Shown here piece after piece: positions 51,391 through 64,000 of a DNA stretch of 64,000 bases. Origin of the DNA: Mizuhopecten yessoensis. Its lineage: Eukaryota. A model generated the notes under the pieces. It was not told the origin of the DNA. It made no database searches and worked only from the letters and a program-made list of their open reading frames with translations. The position numbers and the translations under genes were made by a program. The stretch spans positions 1,379,362 to 1,443,361 of the forward strand of contig NW_018408726.1 in the NCBI RefSeq assembly GCF_002113885.1. The letters run 5' to 3'. How positions within the stretch are numbered: position 1 is the first letter of the stretch; each line of letters begins with the position of its first letter.

Positions 51391-52564
51391 TATATACAAA
51401 AAGATTTTTTAAATCATTCGTTATTTTTATGATGAGACGTTTTAATTTATCGAGGATCTGCAGACTCTGTCAAGCTAAAAGTAAAACTCAAGGAAAAGTG
51501 TAATACACTACATATGAATCTGAAATGAATATAGCATCACCTCTTTCACTTTATCATGAATAAAAGCCAATATTCCCGGGGAAAAAACGATTGTGTTCAC
51601 CGTTTGAACTCCCTGTCTATTGCTTATACACAAAATAAATGATGTGTTTACTGCATATATGATATCATATGATATAATGTAATGTTAATTTACGCTTGTG
51701 AACAGTTATGCAATTTAAATCTACATATATGTTACCCTTTTCAGGTGATCATTAAAGTTCTTTATACATGTATATATATATATCAATTTACATTGATAAA
51801 CAATGATTAAGCATAAATATTTATTTACAATAATGAACATTTACATAGTTCAAATTTACATAAATTATACCCTTTTCAAGTATACGAACATTTTCTGTAG
51901 ATAGTTGGCTGAGGCCAGAGGCCAGTCAGCGGGCATGTCCTTCAAATGGTGTGAGTCATTATCTATGTATCACCTGTCTACACAACTTGTGTGAAATTGT
52001 TTCCAGTTGATAAAAAAAATATCTTCTAAATGTGTTGGTGTATTGTACATTTGATACTCTGCCAGTAACAACAAACACACTCCTATTCTAGAACGTTACT
52101 AATCGGTTCAATACCCCAGGGCTGCTTGTTATCAGTCTTACAAAGAAGACAAGATACCGAGGGATGTAAACAAAGATGTCTACTTACACATAGACCAAGA
52201 AAAAAGACATAACATAATCTTAATAATAGGGGAACAGGGCGTTATGATCTAGTATATACTGTTTACAGCTGGCTCACTTATATAGACATGCTCCACACTC
52301 ATTAAATGATGGACAGATTGAAAATTGAATTCCTTTATGTCATTGTGATATTCTTGGTTAGATGAAACCAGAGACGTGTGTGTATGGCGTTATGTGTCTC
52401 TGATGAAACCGAACAAGGTTAGAGTTAAAGAGCGTAGTGAAGGTATTCACATTGTCCCATTTAAGACTGGGGACAGAGAAATAGGTCAGGGACGAGGATG
52501 AGGACGATGGTGACGATACAAAAAAAGGATAAAGAGGAGAGGAAAATGGTCTTTGTGGCCCCTT

Positions 52565-52608
52565 GCATCACCGATTAGTCCTACAAGGTCGAAACAGCTG
52601 TAGGATGC
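52565..52608 (+). ncRNA. Degenerate minimal hammerhead ribozyme, same family as 11839-11882
   Basis: GCATCA-CCGATTA-GTCC-TACAA-GGTC-GAAACAGCTGTA-GGATGC; shares the upstream GGCCCCT(A/T)GCATCA flank. Confidence 0.6.
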
Positions 52609-55130
52609 TGTTTATGACTAATAGTTTAGGTGTGTCTCACATAGGTGTGTCTCACACATAGGTGTGTCTCACACATAGGTGTGTCTCACATTTACCTTTG
52701 TTTACTAACATGTCTTAAGGTCGATTTTTTTACCTTAAAATACTCATGTTTGTTGTTTCGAACGATTTATCTCCACACGCGGGTCATAATACTTTTTAAA
52801 ACACTAGTTGTCAGTGTAAGAGAAAACATCCACTTAGTAATCTCAAACTTTATAAGGAATAATTTGTAGTTGAAATGAAGATACTTTTTCGTTTAAATAT
52901 CCACTGAACGAACAAGCTAGAATAAAAAACTTACCAGCAGTATCAAAATCAATACTCTTCTATGATTAAGAAAACAATATCAATATTCTTAAGGCTGATG
53001 ATCCTCGTTTACAGTCGTTAGGGGAAAGTAGGCCTGTTCACTATGTAAATTGGAGCTCTGCAGATTGAAATTTGCTGTTTACTTGTTCTTCTTATTTGCC
53101 ACGTATAACCGGTGTCAGTTTTAAAGTGCTATACCATTCTGATTGTAACTTTTTTTTATCAGATCACTTGTCGTAAGTCTTACAACGAACTATGGGCCTA
53201 TGCTTTTGTAAAAGGTTGTGTTCACTAATGATGTGTGGCATGATCCTAATTATTTGTAACAGGGTTTGTTCGCTAATTATGTGTGCTATACTTAACTACA
53301 CCTCCATACGTTTAGGTGTGCACCTAATGTCTCGTTAAGGTTATCTATCTGTCTGAAATCTGCATTAGTTCTTACTACTATACCCAAATATATGTTCATC
53401 GTAACATGTATACCAGTTGTCGTGGACACTTATTAATGTAATGAAATACAGTGGGTAATCCTGTCGGAGAAATTCTGTAAATTACCTCCAAGTTTCAGAC
53501 AAGTTGAGAAACTGTATAGAGGGATGTTTACATTACTTCGGCAACGCAAAATTATACAGTACATTGTACATATCATCCACGATACTGCAAGTGTTACGCT
53601 CACTTTCGCTCTCTGCACCCCTGGAATATTTCAGGCTCATTGTGCGCCACCTTGCGGTAAAACTTGCAATTACAAAACAAAAACAGTGATGATTTGGTTG
53701 TTCATACAGTAAAAATAGGATGATGATCTCATTACGCACGAAATTGGTGCAAAACTCTATACGAAAGGAACTTACTGTCCTGTTGGAATTCTGGATGATT
53801 AATCTGCTGATGATGTCATACTCAAAAATTAAAACGATTAGAGTTTATCCTACCAGACCAGTAGCCCATTAAGTACATCTAGAGGTGAAATGAAGGTGTG
53901 GAAATGTTCCATGAAATAACATGTCAGCAGATAACTTTATCATGGTTCTAACTACTGCATACATAGTGTCTCGAAGTTATCTCCCTTTGGTCATACACAT
54001 TTGAACATTTGCCTTCGATGTTTTCGTGGGATATGTACCGTTCATGTTTGGTGATTATCCTCAGGTGTTCTGACCTTTTTGTTGTTGTTGTTATTGTTGT
54101 TGTTGTTGTTGTATTTTTGTTCCAATTTGTCCTTGTATATTGACACAATTGTATATTTACCAGATATGATACAGTGTAATGTAGAAAAGAGAAGGAAACA
54201 TTGATTTAAATAAACTACATCAGATACATTGGGATCCTCTCATCACAACTAATAGACGAAAACGTAACAATATTGGTAATAATATTAGCCATCGTGCTTG
54301 TCAAGGAGTTGGTAGTGAGGTGACCGTCATGTTCAACACTGCAGGTAAATGTCATTTACTTGAGTAGTAAGGTGACCATCATCGTCATATTGTGTAAAAT
54401 GTCATAGATTTTGGTAGTAATGTGACCCTCATTGTCAGATTGTATAAGCAATGTCACGGAGTTTGGTAGAAAAGTGACCCTCATTGTCATACTGTGTAAA
54501 ATGTCATAGATTTTGTTACTAAAGTAGCTGTCATTGACATTATGTAGCTAAATGTCGTACAATTTCGGTCAGGTGACCTTCATACCTTCGCTAGATTTTT
54601 CTGTCACTCCATGTAGTTATAACGTAAGTCTGGAGATATATTTATCTATCAATTCAACAAAAAATGTTGTTGGCCAAAATATTTTCTTAGGAAAAATCAC
54701 CATATGTATAGTTACTTTGTTAGCAGCATTACGTTTGACAAGTCTCATCAACCCTGACAACATGATACTACTTTGGCCGATTCAGATGGTGTGTTTAAGT
54801 AAAAACACATCTGATTGATGTTGGACTTCAGTAGTCCTAACCTGAGAGACACAGAGTATCTTTAATGAATAAAGAAGTGTAGCAGGTATATCATTTCATC
54901 GTATATTAACTTAAATTATCAAACAGTCCACTAACTTATTAAATATCAAATAAAACAGGATTCGGTTGTATATATCCCAATCCGATAGATAATGAAATAG
55001 AGGAATATTCTGAATATATACGTTTACCTTTCCAATAATTGGGATCTGATGTACTTAAAAGGGGTAATACAGCGTAATCCTTGGTTATTGGGTGACGATG
55101 TTTACATTTTTTAAATGAAATAAATGACTA

Positions 55131-56571
55131 AATGTATGTCACTGTATTTCAGTGTATGTCACTGTATGTCAGTGTATGTCACTGTATGCCAATGTATGTC
55201 ACTGTTTGTCACTGTATGTCACTGTTTGTCAGTGTATGTCACTCCATGTCACTGTTTGACAATGTATGTCAGTGTATGTCAGTGCATGTCAGTGTATGTC
55301 ACTGTATGCCACCGTATGTCAGTGTATGTCACTGACTGTTTGTCAGTGTATGTCAATGTATGTCACTCACTGTTTGTCACTGTATGTCACTATATTTCAG
55401 TGTATGTCACTCAATGTCACTGTTTGACAATGTATGTCAGTGAATGTCGGTGTATGTCAATGTATGCCACCGATGTCAGTGTATGTCACTGTATGCCAGT
55501 GTATGTCACTGTATTTCAGTGTATGTCACTCCATGTCACTGTTTGACAATGTATGTCAGTGTATGTCAGTGCATGTCAGTGTATGTCACTGTATACCACC
55601 GTATGTCAGTGTATGTCACTGACTGTTTGTCAGTGTATGTCANGCATGTCAGTGCATGTCAGTGTATGTCACTGTATGCCACCGTATGTCAGTGTATGTC
55701 AATGACTTTGTCAGTGTATGTCAGTGTATGTCACTGTTTGACAATGTATGTCAGTGTATGTCAGTGAATGTCAGTGTATGTCACTGTATACCACCATATG
55801 TCAGTGTATGTCACTGACTGTTTGTCAGTGTATGTCACTCAATGTCACTGTTTGACAATGTATGCCAGTGTATGTCAGTGAATGTCAGTGTATGTCACTG
55901 TATGCCACCGTATGTCAGTGTATGTCAATGACTTTGTCAGTGTATGTCAGTGTATGTCACTGTTTGACAATGTATGTCAGTGTATGTCAGTGAATGTCAG
56001 TGTATGTCACTGTATACCACCATATGTCAGTGTATGTCACTGACTGTTTGTCAGTGTATGTCACTCAATGTCGATGTTTGACAATGTATGTCAGTGTATA
56101 TCAGTGAATGTCAGTGTATGTCACTGTATGCCACCGTATGTAAGTGTATGTCACTGTATGCCAGTGTATGTCAGTGTATGTTTGTCAGTGTATGTCACTC
56201 AATGCCACTGTTTGACAATGTATGTCAGTGTATGTCAATGTATGCCACCGATGTCAGTGTATGTCACTGTATGCCAGTGTATGTCACTGTATGCCAGTGT
56301 ATGTCAGTTTATGTCAGTGTATGTCACTGTATGCCAGTGTATGTCAGTGTATGTTTGTCAGTGTATGTCACTTAATGCCACTGTTTGACAATGTATGTCA
56401 GTGTATGTCAGTGAATGTCAGTGTATGTCAATGTATGCCACCGCTGTCACTGTATGTCACTGTATGCCAGTGTATGTCACTGTATTTCAGTGTATGTCAC
56501 TCAATGTCACTGTTTGACAATGAATGTCAGTGTATGTCAGTGATGACAGTGTATGTCACTGTATACCACCG
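55131..56571. repeat. 10-bp minisatellite TGTATGTCA(C/G), downstream of the locus 5 3' UTR
   Basis: Direct reading; it generates the Cys/Val/Met-rich ORFs in the track. Confidence 0.95.
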
Positions 56572-56873
56572 NTGATGTAAAACAAAATCACGTGACAAGA
56601 AGAACTAACAAAAACATATTTTAGATCAATTTGATTTAATTGCGTAGATCTCATAATATTGATACGTTCTTATTCAATATATTTGGATGTAAACACTACA
56701 GATCTCCATTTTTGGTGTTGAAGCGAGTATAAAAAAGTCGATTATGTCCAAAAGTTTAACAGATTTTGCTTGCTTCATAGCTGTTTTCCGTACACATTTT
56801 TCTCATTTCTCATTTTCCTTGATTTTACTTTGCTTTATTCACTTATCATACGTCTGTATCTAGATGGTCTTAT

Positions 56874-60790
<3,917 letters not shown>

Positions 60791-63729
60791 TCATAACAAT
60801 TATTTCAGTCCATTAGCTGGAGTTTTGTATCTGATAATGTTACAAATGTCCTGACGTGACTAGATATGATAACATATAGTAGTAGCTTAGATACGATACT
60901 ACAATTGTACTTACCAAAATTCGCACATAGATATTAGAAACCTTTTGAGCTGCTGTTATTATAGTATTGCTCGGATATGTATCAACATGACAAAAAATGT
61001 TAGAATTGAACTGAAATGGTTAATGAACTATGCTTATTACTGTTGAAATGAAATGATGAAGTCAAGCCTGTTTACAAAATTTCACCCAAAAGAGAAAAGA
61101 ACACGCAGTTACTTTATAGACACTTTGTTTTCTGTTTAAGCAAGTGGTGTTCTGTAGTTCTCTGACAGTGTTGTTGATATGTGTTGTTTTTGAATGCCTA
61201 CTGATACCCCCTGGACCTTTAAATAAGTATACAGGTGACAGGTTCTACATTATGTAAGTACAAGTTCTAACGTATTCGAATACAGATAGATTTACTTTTC
61301 TATTGCATGTTAAGGTAACAGCCACACCTGATAAATAAGGCTAGTCAGTATTTACATCATAATTACATGCGTACATGCTGCAGTTAAACTCATTGGAAAT
61401 ATCTTATTTAACGCAAAGTGAATAGGCTGGCAGCGATGTTCATGCTCGATATTGAACTTTAAACGTAGCTTAAACCATGATAGATGTCATTATAACAAAT
61501 TAATTATACCGACATGTGTAAAAATGAGAAGTAATTAGATTATTTTCATTTATATATTTAAATGTTCAGGTGTAAAGACCTAATAATATCATCGTCTGAT
61601 GAATGATATCACGATCAATAGTCTAGTATCATCCAAATCGATAATAACACATGTAGAGTTTGTCTTGCATTCCATGTATTATTTTCTACATTAAAAATGT
61701 ATTTATCAAATTTTATCTTATCCAGAAATAAAAGTTTTCTTAATTCACAAAGATTATAACTAATACCTATATAGTAGATGTTATGTTTACATTCCTACAT
61801 CCTTATCAACCAGTGTCTGGCAGTTCACACAGTCGGATAGCGTGCAAATGAACAGTAATATTGCATGCTTGAATTAACATTTGGCATGAATAAATTTTCT
61901 TTTCGGATTGATTTCAGAGGGCCCCAATAGAATAAATTTGTATAGTGGCCGGCGTTAGAAGCGCATTATACACATTATACACGATTTAAATCTCCGCGTA
62001 GTAATACACGAACCTGATCTTGAGCCTAGCAACGATGATAACATCCCACAACAAATACCTGTTATTTATTACCTGTAGGTAAAGGTATTAATTTCATATC
62101 AATTCACCTGAAATCATCTGCATTTGCGCAGACGTGTTTACTATTTGTGGCGGTAGTTCTACATCGCTTTAAGTAAGAGTGCGCATACTGGAACCAATTG
62201 CAATGTATGCATAGATTTATTTTAAAAAAAAATGTAGTACAGAATTTTATCTTTCTCTTGTAAACGAATTTTAAAACCGAGATAAATCAAATGAACGTAG
62301 GGTGTACAAAATTTGCTTTCGTTATGAAAAATGTCAATTTTAAGCATACCAAACTGTAACCTAAATGCTAAATGCCTAAAAGTGTTTTTCGGTGTTAAGT
62401 CCTGTATAATTTTTTAATAAAGATCGTTCAATAACACCTATTTTATATACATTAAAATCACACAAAAAAAATTACATTTAAGACAGAATCCACACTCAAA
62501 AAAATTCCAGGCATTTCAAAATACTTACAAAAATCAATCAGGTATATGAAATATCATATTGTTATGATGAAACCATCCTGATATTATACTTGATATAGAA
62601 TTATTACCAACAAAGTAGGGCATGTCACTGTTATTATTATTTAACGGGGATTGACAATATCGGCATTGATTAATCTCTTTGGAAGCCGTCAGTGGTGGTA
62701 CAATGGAAATGCTTTATAATAACAGAATGTCATTAACGTTACAAACAGAAACACACGGTTACCAACAATACTGTTATACAATGCTGTATAATTAAACAAT
62801 ATACCTGTTATTATCTATACAACACATATACATTCATTACATCAACAGATACGATCAGACACATGTGAATTCATATTCTCCTTTAACCAAAATATTTTTG
62901 TTGATAACGTTATTCCCATCCTTCACAACTAAGATTAGTTCTCGTGTGTTTTTATATGCACATCAATACTACAAAATCAGTCTACCAAGGCCGCTCGATG
63001 TTATCGTGAAAAACATGTTATGATAAAGAAGAGTACTGAAGGAATTAATAAACTTGTAGTTAAAAAACGTTGTTAGTTACATATTTGTTTGGTATGTTTT
63101 CTGGTCGAAATTATATAAAGATGAACAAGTTAGAAATCTGATATATTGAAAAACAATTTTATTGAAAATATTTTATTATAGATCCTTGTTACATTCCTAT
63201 GATCCTTCAGATTAATATAATGAACATGTATTCATTTTGAGGACCGACAGTACTTCCGACAATTATTCATCACAATATACATATAGTGTGTCAACTGAAC
63301 ACTCCAAAGTAGATGAGAACTGAGGCATAACACTTGAAACAAGAACAAGATCAATACCAGCTCGTGCCGGTCGTGAGGATTGGACTAGTCGGCTGGCATA
63401 AGTACTACAGATAAGTGCCGATATACACTCGAAAGACACATTTCTTTTTTATATAGCACTCCACTTTGCATTAAAGTTTCAAAAGAAATTTATGTTCGAT
63501 TCGTGAAATTGGCATGATAGTTGGTATAGCCGTATCTCATCAGGAATGGTTTAAACAGTGACTGGTCCATTCACTTAGGGACCCACCCAATTATGTTGTT
63601 GTTTGGTGAATAAACGCACGTAAACATAATTCATCGTGAAAGAAAGTGTATAGCCTGTGTTGGGTTTGATAGACAGGAATAAGACGGTGTTGACAAACAA
63701 GGAAAACCTAAGTGATCAGTGTTATAACA

Positions 63730-64000
63730 GGACTCGTAGACACCCTCAAAACAAAAAGAAACAAGACCATACAACTCGTGAACACCCTCAAAACAAAAAC
63801 AAACAAGACCATACAACTCGTGGACACCCTCAAAACAAGACGAAACAAGACTATACAACTCGTGGACACCCTCAAAACAAAAAGAAACAAGACCATACAA
63901 CTCGTGGACAACCTCAAAACAAAAAGAAACAAGACCATACAACTCGTGAACAACCTCAAAACAAAAACAAACAAGACTGTACAACTCATGGACACCCTCA
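63730..64000. repeat. 42-bp minisatellite running off the window end
   Basis: Unit GACACCCTCAAAACAAAAAGAAACAAGACCATACAACTCGTG. Confidence 0.93.

Noticed and set aside
52400-52435. Hammerhead-like CTGATGA-AACC..GGTT (also CTGACGA at 13741 and CTGATGA at 10410)
   Set aside because: No GAAA or stem III follows.

Overview
AT-rich animal genomic DNA, probably a bivalve mollusc (inferred from the repeat families, not confirmed). The window holds a cluster of five beta-tubulin loci with the same 4-exon layout (57/109/356/816-825 nt): a pseudogene (3358-10386, +), three intact 445-aa genes on + (13989-18928, 27945-33311, 38895-46391), and a convergent gene on - (56874-60742, predicted 448 aa, exon 1 outside the window). 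The paralogues differ in C-terminal tails, drug-pocket residues and promoter motifs, yet share long identical coding tracts suggestive of gene conversion. Between and inside the genes are many tandem arrays, HINE/Helentron-like elements, MITEs with 5-bp, 9-bp or TTAA target duplications, SINE remnants, and a decayed Penelope-like retroelement with an inverted pLTR. Six hammerhead-ribozyme-related motifs from two families are visible: two with intact cores, three with core mutations and one half remnant. All observations come from manual reading; no database search or alignment was run.
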